From: an uncultured Verrucomicrobiota bacterium
GTDB lineage: Bacteria > Verrucomicrobiota > CALLYA01 > CAYNBQ01
DNA: 64,000 nucleotides
Reading direction: 5' to 3'
Assembly: GCA_964395275.1 (NCBI GenBank)
Contig: CAYNBQ010000003.1
Span: forward strand, 5,883-69,882
Shown here: positions 1 to 10,580 of the stretch, in pieces
Layout of the letters: each line of letters starts with the position of its first letter
Position numbering within the stretch: position 1 is the stretch's first letter
Notes under the pieces: generated by a model
What the model was told of the DNA's origin: nothing
The model's input: only the letters and a program-made list of their open reading frames with translations
Databases searched by the model: none
Position numbers and translations under genes: made by a program

Positions 1-1
1 C

Positions 2-121
2 GTCGTGACGGATGGTCCGATCCTGAAACGTTTCCGCCCGCGGGCGCGGGGGATGGCGTCGCGGATCCGGAAGCGGACCAGCCACATCACGGTGGTTCTG
101 AGCGACGGAGAGGCGGAGTAG
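2..121 (+). CDS. rplV: 50S ribosomal protein L22, C-terminal fragment (gene starts upstream of window)
   Basis: Frame-2 translation ...[35 protein letters not shown] matches the conserved L22 C-terminus and sits immediately upstream of rpsC. Confidence 0.7.
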   Translation, partial: VVTDGPILKRFRPRARGMASRIRKRTSHITVVLSDGEAE

Positions 122-159
122 CCCGCGGACGCGGCGCGACCGGTAGAAGGGGGTTTCCC

Positions 160-843
160 TTGGGACAGAAAGTCAATCCAATCGGCTTCAGGGTAGGCGT
201 CAAGCACGACTGGCGCTCGGTTTGGTATGCCGAAGGCCGGGAGTACGGGGACCAGCTCCTGGAAGACCTGGAGATTCGGGATTTCGTGAAGAAGCGTCTG
301 CAGAGCGCGGCGGTTTCCCGCATCGTGATCGAGCGGTGGGCGAACCGGATGCGGCTGCGGATCTTCACGGCGCGCCCCGGGATCGTCATCGGGCGCAAGG
401 GCGAGGCGATCGACCGGCTTCGCACGGAGCTGTCGAAGAAGGTCGGCAAGGAAGTGGCCGTCGAGATCCAGGAGATCAAGGTTCCCGAGACGGACGCCCA
501 GCTCGTTGCCGAGAACGTGGCGTTGCAGCTGGAGCGCCGGATTTCCTTCCGCCGGGCGATGAAGCGCGCCGTGAACTTCGCGATGGAGCGGGGCGCGGCG
601 GGGATCCGGCTGCATGCGGCCGGGCGGCTGGGCGGAGCGGAACTGGGACGCAAGGAAGGCTACCGGCAGGGCAAGGTTCCGTTGCACACGCTGGACGCGG
701 ACATCGACTACGGATTCGCGGAAGCCAGGACGATCTACGGCACGATCGGCGTGAAATGCTGGATCTGCCACGAGAAGAAGGACGAGGCCGCGGCGGGCGG
801 TTCGAAGCAGCGGAAGGAGGTGCGCCGTGCCCCTGATGCCTAA
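160..843 (+). CDS. rpsC: 30S ribosomal protein S3
   Basis: [17 protein letters not shown]... carries the KH-domain S3 signature. TTG start with GAAGGGGG RBS 7 nt upstream. Correct position in the S10/spc operon order. Confidence 0.95.
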   Translation: MGQKVNPIGFRVGVKHDWRSVWYAEGREYGDQLLEDLEIRDFVKKRLQSAAVSRIVIERWANRMRLRIFTARPGIVIGRKGEAIDRLRTELSKKVGKEVAVEIQEIKVPETDAQLVAENVALQLERRISFRRAMKRAVNFAMERGAAGIRLHAAGRLGGAELGRKEGYRQGKVPLHTLDADIDYGFAEARTIYGTIGVKCWICHEKKDEAAAGGSKQRKEVRRAPDA

Positions 844-1252
844 ACGAGTCAAGCACCGCAAGGCGCATCGCGGCAGCCGGGCCGGGATGGCCAAGGGCGG
901 CACGCGCGTCGATTTCGGCGAATACGGGCTGCAGGCGATGGGGCGGGCGTGGATATCGGCCGTGCAGATCGAGGCGGCCCGGATCGCGATCACGCGGCAC
1001 ATGAAGCGGCGCGGGAAGGTCTGGATCCGGATCTTCCCGGACAAGCCCGTTTCGAAGAAGCCCGCGGAGACCCGGATGGGCAAGGGCAAAGGCGCGCCGG
1101 AGTTGTGGGTGGCCGTGGTGAAGCCGGGGCGGGTCCTCTTCGAGGTCGACGGCGTCCCGGAATCGACGGCGCGGGAAGCGCTCCGCCTGGCGGCGGCGAA
1201 GCTGCCGATCCGGACGCGGTTCGTGATGCGGCGGCATGCGCGCGCGGCGTAG
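827..1252 (+). CDS. rplP: 50S ribosomal protein L16
   Basis: [16 protein letters not shown]... matches the L16 N-terminal consensus. Overlaps the rpsC stop. Alternative ATG at 836. Confidence 0.95.
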   Translation: MPLMPKRVKHRKAHRGSRAGMAKGGTRVDFGEYGLQAMGRAWISAVQIEAARIAITRHMKRRGKVWIRIFPDKPVSKKPAETRMGKGKGAPELWVAVVKPGRVLFEVDGVPESTAREALRLAAAKLPIRTRFVMRRHARAA

Positions 1253-1269
1253 GTAAGGAGTCTCTTGCG

Positions 1270-1479
1270 ATGGCCAGGATACAGGAATTCCGCGATCTGA
1301 CGGACGAGGAACTCCGTTTGAAACTGGAAAGCCTTCAGCGGGAGCTGTTCAACCTCCGGCTGCAGGCCCAGGCGGGACAATTGGACAACCCGGTGCGGTT
1401 GCGGATCGTTCGTCGCGATATCGCCCGCGCGAAGACGCTGGCGCACGAACGCGAACGCGAACGCGCCGCCGGCAGGTAG
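1270..1479 (+). CDS. rpmC: 50S ribosomal protein L29
   Basis: 69-aa [35 protein letters not shown]... is a typical L29. AAGGAG RBS upstream. Confidence 0.9.
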   Translation: MARIQEFRDLTDEELRLKLESLQRELFNLRLQAQAGQLDNPVRLRIVRRDIARAKTLAHERERERAAGR

Positions 1480-1485
1480 TGGATC

Positions 1486-1758
1486 ATGACGAACGAGACG
1501 AAAGAACGCGGGGTCCGGAAGGTCCGAACGGGCGAGGTGGTCAGCGACAAGGCGGACAAGACGATCGTGGTGCGCGTGAGCCGGCGGGTGAGGCACCCGG
1601 TGTACAAGAAGGTGATCACGCGGTTCAGCCGCGCGCACGTGCACGATCCGAACAACGAGGCCCGGGTGGGCGATCGGGTGGTCATCGCCGAGACGAGGCC
1701 GTTGAGCCGGCTGAAGCGGTGGCGGCTGGTGGAGGTCATCCGACGGTCGCCCCGGTGA
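1486..1758 (+). CDS. rpsQ: 30S ribosomal protein S17
   Basis: 90-aa ORF ...[28 protein letters not shown]... shows the S17 OB-fold signature. Confidence 0.95.
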   Translation: MTNETKERGVRKVRTGEVVSDKADKTIVVRVSRRVRHPVYKKVITRFSRAHVHDPNNEARVGDRVVIAETRPLSRLKRWRLVEVIRRSPR

Positions 1759-1785
1759 TCCGGCGGCGTTGCGGGAGATACGACG

Positions 1786-2151
1786 ATGCTCCAGATGAGG
1801 ACGAGACTGGACGTGGCGGACAACAGCGGCGCGCGGCGCGCTTCGTTGATCACGGTGCTGGGCGGGGGCAAGCGCACGGCTTCGATTGGAGACATCGTGA
1901 CGGTGAGTGTGAAGGAAGCCGCGCCGAACGGTGTCGTGAAGAAGGGCGAGGTGCACCGGGCCGTGGTGGTGCGCACGAGTCATCCGATCCGCCGGCCGGA
2001 CGGGTCGGTGTTGCGATTCGATCGGAACGCGGTGGTGATCATCGATCCGCAGATGAACCCGCGGGGCACGAGGATTTTCGGGCCGGTGGCGCGGGAGCTG
2101 CGGGAGAAGAACTTCATGAAGATCATCTCGCTGGCGCCGGAGGTGCTCTGA
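1786..2151 (+). CDS. rplN: 50S ribosomal protein L14
   Basis: [18 protein letters not shown]... matches the L14 N-terminal consensus. Confidence 0.95.
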   Translation: MLQMRTRLDVADNSGARRASLITVLGGGKRTASIGDIVTVSVKEAAPNGVVKKGEVHRAVVVRTSHPIRRPDGSVLRFDRNAVVIIDPQMNPRGTRIFGPVARELREKNFMKIISLAPEVL

Positions 2152-2432
2152 TGGGCGCGGGATTGAAGATCCGCAGGGACGACATGGTGATCGTTCTTTC
2201 GGGGGACGACCGGGGCAAGACGGGCAAGGTGCTGGAGGTCTACCCCAAGCGGCAGCGGGTGCTCGTCGAAGGGGTGAACCTGATCAAGCGGGCGATCCGC
2301 AAGACGCAGGACAATCCGCGCGGGGGCATCATCGAGCGGGAGGCGCCGATCCACGTCTCGAACGTGATGCGGCTGGATCGTTACCGGGCGCGCCATCGCT
2401 CGGACAAGGCCTCGGGGGATGAAACGAAATGA
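2151..2432 (+). CDS. rplX: 50S ribosomal protein L24
   Basis: ...[26 protein letters not shown]... carries the KOW motif of L24. ATG overlaps the rplN stop (TGATG). Confidence 0.9.
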   Translation: MGAGLKIRRDDMVIVLSGDDRGKTGKVLEVYPKRQRVLVEGVNLIKRAIRKTQDNPRGGIIEREAPIHVSNVMRLDRYRARHRSDKASGDETK

Positions 2433-2968
2433 GCGAACTCTACCGTCGATACAGGGAAGAGATCGTTCCGGAGCTGATGAAGGAACGGGGATACGCGAAC
2501 CGGATGCAGGTGCCGCGGCTCGAGAAGGTCGTCATCAACATGGGGATTCCTTCCGGGACGGATCGGGCGCTGTTCGATGCGGCGGTTGAGGAACTGGCGC
2601 AGATCTCGGGGCAGAAACCGATCATCACCAAGGCCCGGAAGAGCATCTCGAATTTCAAGTTGCGGGAGGGCAATCCGGTCGGCTGCAAGGTCACGCTGCG
2701 CGGCCGGCGGATGTACGAGTTTCTGGAAAGGTTCCTCAACGTGGTTCTGCCGCGGGTGCGGGACTTCCGCGGGGTGTCGCCCCGTTCGTTCGACGGGCGC
2801 GGCAACTACAGCATGGGGGTCACCGACCAGAGCATCTTTCCGGAATTGGATCTGGACAAGATCAAGAGGACGCAGGGGATGGACATCACGATCGCGACGA
2901 CCGCGGCGACGGACGACGAAGCGCGCGCGCTGCTTCGGTTGATCGGGATGCCCTTCGCGGCGTCGTGA
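2429..2968 (+). CDS. rplE: 50S ribosomal protein L5
   Basis: 179-aa ORF ...[33 protein letters not shown]... matches L5. Confidence 0.95.
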   Translation: MSELYRRYREEIVPELMKERGYANRMQVPRLEKVVINMGIPSGTDRALFDAAVEELAQISGQKPIITKARKSISNFKLREGNPVGCKVTLRGRRMYEFLERFLNVVLPRVRDFRGVSPRSFDGRGNYSMGVTDQSIFPELDLDKIKRTQGMDITIATTAATDDEARALLRLIGMPFAAS

Positions 2969-2990
2969 TCGCGAACGGAGAGAGGCTGTC

Positions 2991-3176
2991 TTGGCTAAGA
3001 AAGCATTGATCGTCAAATCCAACCGGCCGCCCAAGTACGCGGCGCGGCGGTACAACCGCTGCCGCCGATGCGGACGCGCCCGGGGATACATCCGCAAGTT
3101 CCAGGTCTGCCGGATCTGTTTCCGGGAGCTGGCGAGCCAGGGGATGATTCCGGGCGTCGTCAAGGCAAGCTGGTAA
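2991..3176 (+). CDS. rpsN: 30S ribosomal protein S14, type Z (zinc-binding, 61 aa)
   Basis: [48 protein letters not shown]... is a short S14 with a CxxC...CxxC zinc ribbon. Confidence 0.9.
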   Translation: MAKKALIVKSNRPPKYAARRYNRCRRCGRARGYIRKFQVCRICFRELASQGMIPGVVKASW

Positions 3177-3211
3177 GCACCGTACCGGACGGACGGAGTC
3201 GAGAACGAAGA

Positions 3212-3616
3212 ATGAGCGTCACCGATCCCATTGCCGACATGTTGACGCGGATCCGCAACGCGCAGAGCGCGCTTCACGACGTGGTGGAGATGCCGCACTC
3301 GCGCATGCGCGAGGAACTGGCCCGGATCCTCCGGGACCAGGGCTACACGCTGGACTACGAGGTCCTGGGCGATCCGCCGAAGAAGATCCTGCGCATCCGG
3401 TTGAAATACCTGGATCCGCGCAAGCGCAGCGCCGCGATCACGGGGTTGCAGCGCGTGAGCCGTCCCGGGTTGCGCGTCTACGCGGGCGCCGACGAGATCC
3501 CCCGGGTCCTCGGGGGGCTGGGGTGCGCGATCCTGTCGACCCCGCGCGGGATTCTGACCGGCAAGGAGGCGCGGCGCGCCCGGGTCGGCGGAGAAGTACT
3601 TTGCTACGTCTGGTAG
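3212..3616 (+). CDS. rpsH: 30S ribosomal protein S8
   Basis: Internal ATG of ORF 3068..3616. [20 protein letters not shown]... matches the S8 N-terminal consensus. Confidence 0.95.
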   Translation: MSVTDPIADMLTRIRNAQSALHDVVEMPHSRMREELARILRDQGYTLDYEVLGDPPKKILRIRLKYLDPRKRSAAITGLQRVSRPGLRVYAGADEIPRVLGGLGCAILSTPRGILTGKEARRARVGGEVLCYVW

Positions 3617-3629
3617 CGAGGGGGCAACG

Positions 3630-4181
3630 ATGTCGCGGATAGGCCGCTTGCCAATACCGGTTCCCTCGGGGGTGACCGTCACGATCGGGAATCGGAACGT
3701 CACGGTGCAGGGTCCGAAGGGGACGCTGGAGGTTCCGCTTCCGCCGCTGTCGGAAGTCGCGCTTTCGGAGGAGGGGCGGATCGTGGTGACCCGCCGGGAC
3801 GACAGCCGCGAGGCGCGCAGCCAGCACGGGTTGACCCGCAGCCTGCTGGCCAACGCCGTGGAAGGGGTCGAGAAGGGGTTCAGCAAGACCCTGGAGATCG
3901 TCGGGGTCGGATACCGGGCCGCCCTGGAAGGGGACACCCTGGTGGTGACGGTCGGGTACTCGCACCCGGTGCGTCTGAAGGTGATCGAGGGGCTGAAGGT
4001 GGAGATCGACGACCGTTCCCGGGACGCGGTGCGGGTGACGGTCCGCGGGGCCGACAAGCAGAAGGTCGGCGAGATGGCCGCGCGGATCCGCCGGATCGCT
4101 CCGCCGGAGCCGTACCTGGGCAAGGGCATCCGGTACCAGGGCGAGGTGGTCCGGCGCAAGGCCGGCAAGACCGTGGGCTGA
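3630..4181 (+). CDS. rplF: 50S ribosomal protein L6
   Basis: [35 protein letters not shown]... is a typical L6. Confidence 0.95.
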   Translation: MSRIGRLPIPVPSGVTVTIGNRNVTVQGPKGTLEVPLPPLSEVALSEEGRIVVTRRDDSREARSQHGLTRSLLANAVEGVEKGFSKTLEIVGVGYRAALEGDTLVVTVGYSHPVRLKVIEGLKVEIDDRSRDAVRVTVRGADKQKVGEMAARIRRIAPPEPYLGKGIRYQGEVVRRKAGKTVG

Positions 4182-4206
4182 GGTCCCGCGAGGGAGACGA
4201 GAATCG

Positions 4207-4569
4207 ATGGCAACGATCAGCCGAAGCAAGATGCGCGAGAGGCGGCATCGGCGGACCCGGCGCAAGATCCGGGGCACCGCGGAACGGCCCCGGATGGCGG
4301 TCTGTCTCACCTCGAAGCATATCTACATTCAATTCATCGACGACGACCGCGGCGAGACGCTCGCGGCGGTCTCTTCGCTGGACCCGGCCTTCCGCGAACA
4401 GGGCGGGCGCTGCAACCTCGAGGGGGCGGCGCGGCTCGGCGCCATGGCGGCGGAACGGGCCAAGGCGAAGCAGATCACGCGGGTGGTCTTCGACCGCGGG
4501 GGATTCCGCTATCACGGCCGCTTGCGGCGGATCGCCGAGGCGGCCCGCGAGTCCGGTCTCAACTTCTAA
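4207..4569 (+). CDS. rplR: 50S ribosomal protein L18
   Basis: ...[45 protein letters not shown]... matches L18. Confidence 0.95.
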   Translation: MATISRSKMRERRHRRTRRKIRGTAERPRMAVCLTSKHIYIQFIDDDRGETLAAVSSLDPAFREQGGRCNLEGAARLGAMAAERAKAKQITRVVFDRGGFRYHGRLRRIAEAARESGLNF

Positions 4570-4573
4570 ACGC

Positions 4574-5077
4574 TTGGCGGGACTGACGATGCTGGCAGAT
4601 ATCGAAGCACAGGAAGAACTCGACGAGAAGGTCGTCGAGATCAATCGCTGTTCCAAGGTCGTCAAGGGCGGCCGTCGGTTCAGCTTCAGTGCGCTCGTGG
4701 TGGTCGGAGACCGGAACGGGCACGTGGGCGTGGGATTCGGCAAGGCCAACGAGGTGGCCGACGCGATCCGCAAGGGATCGGAACTCGCGCGGAAATCGAT
4801 GACGACCGTCGCCCTGAAGGGCCGGACGATCCCGCACGAGGTCGTCGCCGAATCGGACGCCGCGAAGATCCTGCTGCGTCCGGCCAGTCCGGGGACCGGG
4901 GTGATTGCGGGCGGCGGAATGCGATCCGTACTCGATCTGGCGGGGGTGCGCGACGTGCTCGCGAAATCCCTGGGTTCGGGGAACCCGATCAACGTCGTCA
5001 AGGCGACGATGAAGGCCCTCGAATCGCTCCGGTCGAAGGAAGAGGTCGCCAGGGTCCGCGGGATCCCCGATCTGTAG
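4574..5077 (+). CDS. rpsE: 30S ribosomal protein S5
   Basis: ...[42 protein letters not shown]... shows the S5 dsRBD signature. Confidence 0.95.
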   Translation: MAGLTMLADIEAQEELDEKVVEINRCSKVVKGGRRFSFSALVVVGDRNGHVGVGFGKANEVADAIRKGSELARKSMTTVALKGRTIPHEVVAESDAAKILLRPASPGTGVIAGGGMRSVLDLAGVRDVLAKSLGSGNPINVVKATMKALESLRSKEEVARVRGIPDL

Positions 5078-5106
5078 TCATCCGGACGGCGAAAGGCGGC
5101 AACACG

Positions 5107-5562
5107 ATGAGCGAACTGAATCTTCACGGACTGAAAAACAGCGCCGGCGCACGGCGTTCGCGGAAACGGAAGGGGCGCGGCCCCTCCTCGGGCCACGGAA
5201 AGACCTCGGGCCGGGGACACAAGGGACAGCACGCGCGGTCCGGATCGACGACCCGTCCCGGCTTCGAAGGCGGCCAGATGCCCCTGGCGCGGCGGATGCC
5301 CAAGCGGGGATTCCAGCCGCCGCGGCGGACCGAGTACGCGATCCTGAACCTGGACGCCCTCTGCCGGTTCGAGCCGGGCACCGAGGTGACCCCCGAACTC
5401 GTCCAGAAGGTGGGGCTCGTGCGGAACATCCGCGACGGACTCAAGATCCTGGGCACCGGCAGCATCGATCGGCCGTTGAAGGTCCGCGCGCACCGGTTCA
5501 GCCAGACGGCCCGGGCCCGGATCGAAGAGGCCGGAGGCACCTGCGAGGAAATCGGCTCTTAG
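5107..5562 (+). CDS. rplO: 50S ribosomal protein L15
   Basis: ...[23 protein letters not shown]... is the glycine-rich L15 N-terminus. It directly follows rpsE with no L30 gene between them. Confidence 0.95.
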   Translation: MSELNLHGLKNSAGARRSRKRKGRGPSSGHGKTSGRGHKGQHARSGSTTRPGFEGGQMPLARRMPKRGFQPPRRTEYAILNLDALCRFEPGTEVTPELVQKVGLVRNIRDGLKILGTGSIDRPLKVRAHRFSQTARARIEEAGGTCEEIGS

Positions 5563-5578
5563 GCCGGATGGAGTTCCG

Positions 5579-6922
5579 ATGTTTTCGGCTTTCGTCAACA
5601 GCTTCAAGATCACCGAGCTTCGTCAGCGGATCCTCTTCACGCTGATGATCATCGCCCTGTGCCGCGTCGGCGCCGTGATCCCGACCCCCGGGGTCGATTC
5701 CACGCGCCTGGCCGCGGAGATCCAGCGGATCGACGAACAGGTCGGCGGCGGCCTGCTCGGCCTGGTCAACCTCTTCAGCGGCGGCGCCCTGCAGAACTGC
5801 TCGGTCTTCGCCCTGGGGATCATGCCCTACATCAGCGCCGCCATCATCTTCCAGCTGTTGACGGCCGTGATTCCTTCCCTGGAGAAACTCGCCCGGGAGG
5901 GGCAGTCGGGCCGCCAGCAACTGACGCAGTACACCCGGTACCTGACCCTGGGCCTCTGTCTGGTCCAGGGATACATGCTGGCGTTGACCCTGGAGAACCC
6001 CCGGGCCTTCGGATTCACGGGCGACATCGTGCTGACCAAGGGGATGTCGTTCCGGTTGATGACGGTGCTGACGCTCACGACGGGCACGATGCTGATGATG
6101 TGGTTCGGCGAACAGATCTCCGACCGCGGCATCGGCAACGGCGTGTCGCTGATCATCACGGTGAACATCATCTCGAGGCTGCCCCGGGCGGTGCAGGTCC
6201 TCTTCACGATGTTCAGCCCGACGGCCGACACCGGCTTCACGATCCTGCACGGGGTCGTGTTGCTGCTGCTCTTCGTGGGGGTGACGGCAGCGACCGTGGC
6301 CATCACCGAGGCCCAGCGGAAGATCCCCGTGCAGTACGCCAAGCGCGTGGTGGGACGGCGGGTCTACGGCGGGCAGAGCACCTACATGCCCCTGCGGATC
6401 AACTACTCGGGCGTCATGCCGATCATCTTCGCCCAGGCGCTGCTGATGTTCCCCTCGAAGGTGCTCGCGCTGGTCGATCTGCCGATCTTCAAGCGGATGT
6501 CGGCGGCGATGGGATACGGCAAACCCGCCTACATGATCATCTACGGGGTGCTGATCCTCTTCTTCGCGTACTTCTGGGTGGCGACGCAGTTCAACCCGAT
6601 CCAGATCGCCGACGACCTGAAGAAGTACGGCGGCTATGTTCCCGGGATCCGTCCGGGCAAGCCGACGGCGAACTATCTCGACAACGTGATGACGCGGATC
6701 ACGCTGGCCGGCGCGATCTTCCTGGTGGTGATCGCGATCCTTCCGATCCTTCTGGCCAGCCAGCTGCAGGTCCCCTTCATCGTGGCGCAGTTCTTCGGCG
6801 GCACGAGCCTGCTGATCATCGTCGGGGTGATGCTGGAGACGCTCCGGCAGGTCGAGTCGCATCTGCTGATGCGCCATTACGACGGGTTCCTGCGCCGGGG
6901 CAAGATCCGGGGGAGGCTCTAG
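5579..6922 (+). CDS. secY: Preprotein translocase subunit SecY
   Basis: 447-aa multi-TM ORF ...ITELRQRILFTLMIIALCRVGAVIPTPGVD... shows the SecY signature. Confidence 0.95.
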   Translation: MFSAFVNSFKITELRQRILFTLMIIALCRVGAVIPTPGVDSTRLAAEIQRIDEQVGGGLLGLVNLFSGGALQNCSVFALGIMPYISAAIIFQLLTAVIPSLEKLAREGQSGRQQLTQYTRYLTLGLCLVQGYMLALTLENPRAFGFTGDIVLTKGMSFRLMTVLTLTTGTMLMMWFGEQISDRGIGNGVSLIITVNIISRLPRAVQVLFTMFSPTADTGFTILHGVVLLLLFVGVTAATVAITEAQRKIPVQYAKRVVGRRVYGGQSTYMPLRINYSGVMPIIFAQALLMFPSKVLALVDLPIFKRMSAAMGYGKPAYMIIYGVLILFFAYFWVATQFNPIQIADDLKKYGGYVPGIRPGKPTANYLDNVMTRITLAGAIFLVVIAILPILLASQLQVPFIVAQFFGGTSLLIIVGVMLETLRQVESHLLMRHYDGFLRRGKIRGRL

Positions 6923-6923
6923 G

Positions 6924-7598
6924 ATGAGCGCGCAGGAAGCGGTCTGGAAACGCCTTGTCTTTCTCGGGGCGCCCGGTTCGGGCAAGGGAACCATGGCGGA
7001 ACTGCTCTCCGCGAAGGCGGGCCTGGTGCACATCTCCACGGGGGACATGCTCCGGGAGAACGTGAAGGAGGGAACGGAACTCGGGCTCAAGGCCAAGGGG
7101 TACATGGACGCCGGCGAACTGGTGCCCGACGAGGTGATGGTCGCCATGGTGGCGGACCGTCTCTCGCGGGACGACGTGCGCGGCTCGGGGTTCATCCTGG
7201 ACGGGTTCCCCCGCACCATGGTCCAGGGGGAGAGCCTCGACCGGACCCTGGACGAGGCGGGGATGGCGCTGGACCGCGTGCTGCTCTTCGATGCGCCCGA
7301 CGAAACCATCCTGGAACGGCTGACGGGGCGGCGGGTCTGCCGGAAGTGCGGCCGGGTCTACCACATCCGGTTCATCCCTCCGAAGAAGGAGGGGGTCTGC
7401 GACGTCTGCGGCGGGGAATTGTACCAGCGTCCGGACGACCGGGAGGAGACGATCCGCAACCGCCTGGAGGTCTACCGGCGCCAGACGGCCGACCTGATCG
7501 GCTATTACGAGAAGAAGGGGTTGTTGACGAAGCTGGATGCGTCGCTGCCGCGGGACGAGGCCTTCGCGAAGTTGTGGGAAGTGGTCCGGCGGGGCTAG
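6924..7598 (+). CDS. adk: Adenylate kinase (with Zn-binding lid)
   Basis: LVFLGAPGSGKGT P-loop. The lid carries CRKCGRVYH...CDVCGG (four Cys). Confidence 0.95.
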   Translation: MSAQEAVWKRLVFLGAPGSGKGTMAELLSAKAGLVHISTGDMLRENVKEGTELGLKAKGYMDAGELVPDEVMVAMVADRLSRDDVRGSGFILDGFPRTMVQGESLDRTLDEAGMALDRVLLFDAPDETILERLTGRRVCRKCGRVYHIRFIPPKKEGVCDVCGGELYQRPDDREETIRNRLEVYRRQTADLIGYYEKKGLLTKLDASLPRDEAFAKLWEVVRRG

Positions 7599-7613
7599 AC
7601 GGGTTCGCGTTCG

Positions 7614-8390
7614 ATGATTATGATCAAGAGCCAGGATGAAATCCGGCAGATGACGGATGCGTGCAGGATCGCCCGACGAGTGCTGGATGAGGTCAGCGCG
7701 CTGGTGGCCCCGGGGATGACGACCGGGGAACTCGACCGGCGGGCCGGGGAGATCATCGAGGCTCACGGCGCCAGGAGCGCCTTCCTGGGGTATCGGGGAT
7801 ATCCGGGGACGATTTGTATCTCGATCAACGAGGAGATCGTGCACGGCATTCCCGGGGACCGCCGGATTCAATACGGGGACATCGTCAGCCTGGACGTCGG
7901 CGTGTCGTACCGGGGATGGATCGGCGACAACGCGACGACGGTGGCGGTGGGGCAGGTTTCCGAGGAGGTCCGTTCGCTGATGGAAGCCGGCCGGGAGGCC
8001 CTGGAAGCGGGGATCCGGCAGGCGCGGGCGGGGAGGCGCGTGGGAGACATATCCCATGCCATCGAAGAGGTGGCGGTGGGTCGCGGATACAACGTGGTCC
8101 GGGAGTTCGTCGGCCATGGGGTGGGACGGAAGCTGCACGAGGATCCGCAGATTCCGAACTACGGACCGGCGGGCCGCGGGCCGTTGCTGAAGCCCGGGAT
8201 GACGCTGGCCATCGAGCCGATGGTCAACCTGGGCGCGGGCGGGGTGAGAGTGCTGGAAGACGGGTGGACCGTGGTGACGGCCGACGGCGGTCCCTCGGTG
8301 CACTTCGAGCATACGGTGGCCGTGACCGAGGGGGATCCGGAGATTCTGACGTGCCGCGAAAAGACGCCATCCGAGTCGAAGGCAAGGTAG
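7614..8390 (+). CDS. map: Methionine aminopeptidase type I
   Basis: 258-aa ORF showing the pita-bread fold metal-ligand pattern (D..D..H..E..E). Confidence 0.95.
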   Translation: MIMIKSQDEIRQMTDACRIARRVLDEVSALVAPGMTTGELDRRAGEIIEAHGARSAFLGYRGYPGTICISINEEIVHGIPGDRRIQYGDIVSLDVGVSYRGWIGDNATTVAVGQVSEEVRSLMEAGREALEAGIRQARAGRRVGDISHAIEEVAVGRGYNVVREFVGHGVGRKLHEDPQIPNYGPAGRGPLLKPGMTLAIEPMVNLGAGGVRVLEDGWTVVTADGGPSVHFEHTVAVTEGDPEILTCREKTPSESKAR

Positions 8391-8569
8391 TCGAGCAGCT
8401 CCCCAACACGATGTTCCGGGTGGAGTTGCCCAACGGGCACCGGATCCTGGCGCATATCTCGGGGAAGATGCGGTTGCATTTCATCCGCATCCTGCCCGGG
8501 GACAAGGTCGTGGTGGAGATGTCCCCGTACGACCTGACCAAGGGACGAATCACGTTCCGCCGGCGCTGA
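8351..8569 (+). CDS. infA: Translation initiation factor IF-1
   Basis: GTG start. [41 protein letters not shown]... is the canonical IF-1 S1-like fold. Overlaps the map 3' end by about 40 nt. Confidence 0.85.
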   Translation: MPRKDAIRVEGKVVEQLPNTMFRVELPNGHRILAHISGKMRLHFIRILPGDKVVVEMSPYDLTKGRITFRRR

Positions 8570-8613
8570 ACGGCGGCGGAACGCGGAAACGGGAAGACAG
8601 CGGAGAGAAAACG

Positions 8614-8727
8614 ATGAAAGTCCGACCTTCAGTCAAGAGGATGTGCGAGCGCTGCAAGATCGTCCGTCGCAAGGGCGTCGTGCGGGTGATCTGCACCAAT
8701 CCGCGCCACAAGCAGCGCCAGGGTTAG
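8614..8727 (+). CDS. rpmJ: 50S ribosomal protein L36
   Basis: [37 protein letters not shown] matches the L36 consensus. 37 aa, so below the ORF-track cutoff. Confidence 0.85.
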   Translation: MKVRPSVKRMCERCKIVRRKGVVRVICTNPRHKQRQG

Positions 8728-8747
8728 GCTTCGAGGAGAGTTTCGAC

Positions 8748-9152
8748 ATGCCCAGGATCATCGGAGTCGACATCCCGGACGACAAGCCGGTTCGCATTGC
8801 GTTGACCTACATCTACGGAATCGGTCCGGCGGTGTCGGAACGGATCTTGAAGAGCGTGGGGATCGACGGCGCGCTCCGCGCGCGGGAGCTGACGCCCGAA
8901 CAGGTTGCAAGCCTGGTCGGGGAGATTCAGTCGAACTACCGCGTGGAAGGGGATCTGCGCCGGGAGGTTTCCCAGAACATCCGCCGGCTGATGTCGATCG
9001 GCTGCTATCGCGGCCTGCGGCACCGGCGGGGGCTGCCCGTGCGCGGGCAGCGGACGAAGACCAACGCGCGCACGCGCAAGGGGCCGCGCCGCACGGTGGG
9101 CGTGATGCGCGACAAGGCCGCCCGGGCGGCCCTGCGCGCCGGCGGCAAGTAA
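8748..9152 (+). CDS. rpsM: 30S ribosomal protein S13
   Basis: [34 protein letters not shown]... matches S13. Confidence 0.95.
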   Translation: MPRIIGVDIPDDKPVRIALTYIYGIGPAVSERILKSVGIDGALRARELTPEQVASLVGEIQSNYRVEGDLRREVSQNIRRLMSIGCYRGLRHRRGLPVRGQRTKTNARTRKGPRRTVGVMRDKAARAALRAGGK

Positions 9153-9198
9153 AGAACGATCCGTTCCGCCGTTTCCGAAGGGGACGGCGGCGACGGGC

Positions 9199-9861
9199 GT
9201 GGGACAAGTCTCGCCAGAGCAGGAAACGGAAGCGATGACCGAAGAAGAGCGCAGAGCCGACGAAGAGAATCCGACGAGCCCGCAGGCTCCGGAAGAGGCG
9301 GCGTCCGAAGCGACGCCGGAGGCGCAGGACGGGGGAAATCCTCCCGCCGGGGAGGAGGGGACGGCCGAAGCGGGATCCGCCTCCGAGCCGAAGGAGGCGC
9401 CGGCGGCCGCGGCGGAGGAATCCACCGGGACGCCTCCCGCCGGGGCGCCGAAGGGGGAGAGCCCGGAGGCGCCGGCGCCGGAAGAGGTCCGGCCCTCCCG
9501 CGGCCGGCCGCGCGGGGTCGCCTTCGGGATCGCCCATGTGACGGCCACGTTCAACAACACGCAGGTGACGATCACGGATTCCCAGGGGGCGGTGATCGCC
9601 TGGGCCACGGCCGGGAAGGTCGGGTTCAAGGGCTCGCGCAAGAGCACCGCCTTCGCCGCGCAGATGGTGGCGCAGGACGCCGCGCGGGCCGCGATGGCCA
9701 AGGGCGTCCGGGAAGTCGAAGTGCGCGTGAAGGGACCGGGATCGGGCCGGGAGGCCGCGATCCGGGCCCTGCAGGGCGCAGGGATGGAGATCACCGTCAT
9801 CAAGGATGTAACGCCGATTCCGCACAACGGGTGCCGTCCGCCGAAGCGGCGGCGCGTCTGA
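9199..9861 (+). CDS. rpsK: 30S ribosomal protein S11 with about 90-aa acidic Glu/Ala/Pro-rich N-terminal extension
   Basis: C-terminal 130 aa ...[41 protein letters not shown]... is canonical S11. The first 90 aa are low-complexity E/A/P-rich. GTG start at 9199, or ATG at 9235. Confidence 0.9.
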   Translation: MGQVSPEQETEAMTEEERRADEENPTSPQAPEEAASEATPEAQDGGNPPAGEEGTAEAGSASEPKEAPAAAAEESTGTPPAGAPKGESPEAPAPEEVRPSRGRPRGVAFGIAHVTATFNNTQVTITDSQGAVIAWATAGKVGFKGSRKSTAFAAQMVAQDAARAAMAKGVREVEVRVKGPGSGREAAIRALQGAGMEITVIKDVTPIPHNGCRPPKRRRV

Positions 9862-9887
9862 GGAAACGGGCGGGGAGAAGGAAGAAA

Positions 9888-10514
9888 ATGGGCAGGTATA
9901 CGGACGCCGTCTGCCGCTTGTGCCGTCGGGAACAGACGAAGTTGTTCCTGAAGGGCGACCGTTGTTACACGGCGAAATGCGCGATCGAGAAGGGGCGCTC
10001 CGTACCGGGCATGCACATGCCGCGGCGGCGCAAGCCCTCGGAATACGCGGAGCAGCTTCGCGCCAAGCAGAGTCTGCGGCGCTACTACAGTCTTTCCGAG
10101 CACCAGTTCCGCCTGGTCTTCCAGCGGGCCTCGCGGCAGCGGGGCGTGACCGGCGAGGTCCTGCTGCAGATGCTGGAATCGCGCCTGGACAACGTGGTTT
10201 TCCGTCTCGGCCTGGCGACCTCCCGCGCCGCGGCGCGGCAGATGATCCGGCACAACCACATCCTGGTGAACGGGCGGAAGGTGAACATTCCCTCCTACAC
10301 CGTCCGGCCCAACGACGTCGTCCAGGTGAAGGAGTCGCCGGTCAGCCGGCAGATGGCCCAACGGGCGATGAATTCGACGGGGAGCCGGCCCGTGCCGGGA
10401 TGGTTGAGCCTGAACCCGGATCTCTTCCGCGGCGAGGTACTGCGGTTGCCCGAACGGGACGAAATCCAGCCGGTGGCGAACGAGCAGCTCGTCGTTGAGC
10501 TGTACTCGAAGTAG
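9888..10514 (+). CDS. rpsD: 30S ribosomal protein S4
   Basis: MGRYTDAVCRLCRREQTKLFLKGDRCYTAKCAIEKG... shows the S4 zinc-finger-like N-terminus and S4 domain. Confidence 0.9.
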   Translation: MGRYTDAVCRLCRREQTKLFLKGDRCYTAKCAIEKGRSVPGMHMPRRRKPSEYAEQLRAKQSLRRYYSLSEHQFRLVFQRASRQRGVTGEVLLQMLESRLDNVVFRLGLATSRAAARQMIRHNHILVNGRKVNIPSYTVRPNDVVQVKESPVSRQMAQRAMNSTGSRPVPGWLSLNPDLFRGEVLRLPERDEIQPVANEQLVVELYSK

Positions 10515-10580
10515 ACCAAGGTTTGCCCGCGCGACGATTCGACCGAATCGTCGGCTCGGACATTCGGGAGAGAACAGACG

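Noticed and set aside
222-1237. Alternative-frame ORFs overlapping rpsC/rplP on both strands (222..836 +, 476..1237 -, 87..653 -).
   Set aside because: Out-of-frame shadows of the real ribosomal protein genes. Low-complexity translations.
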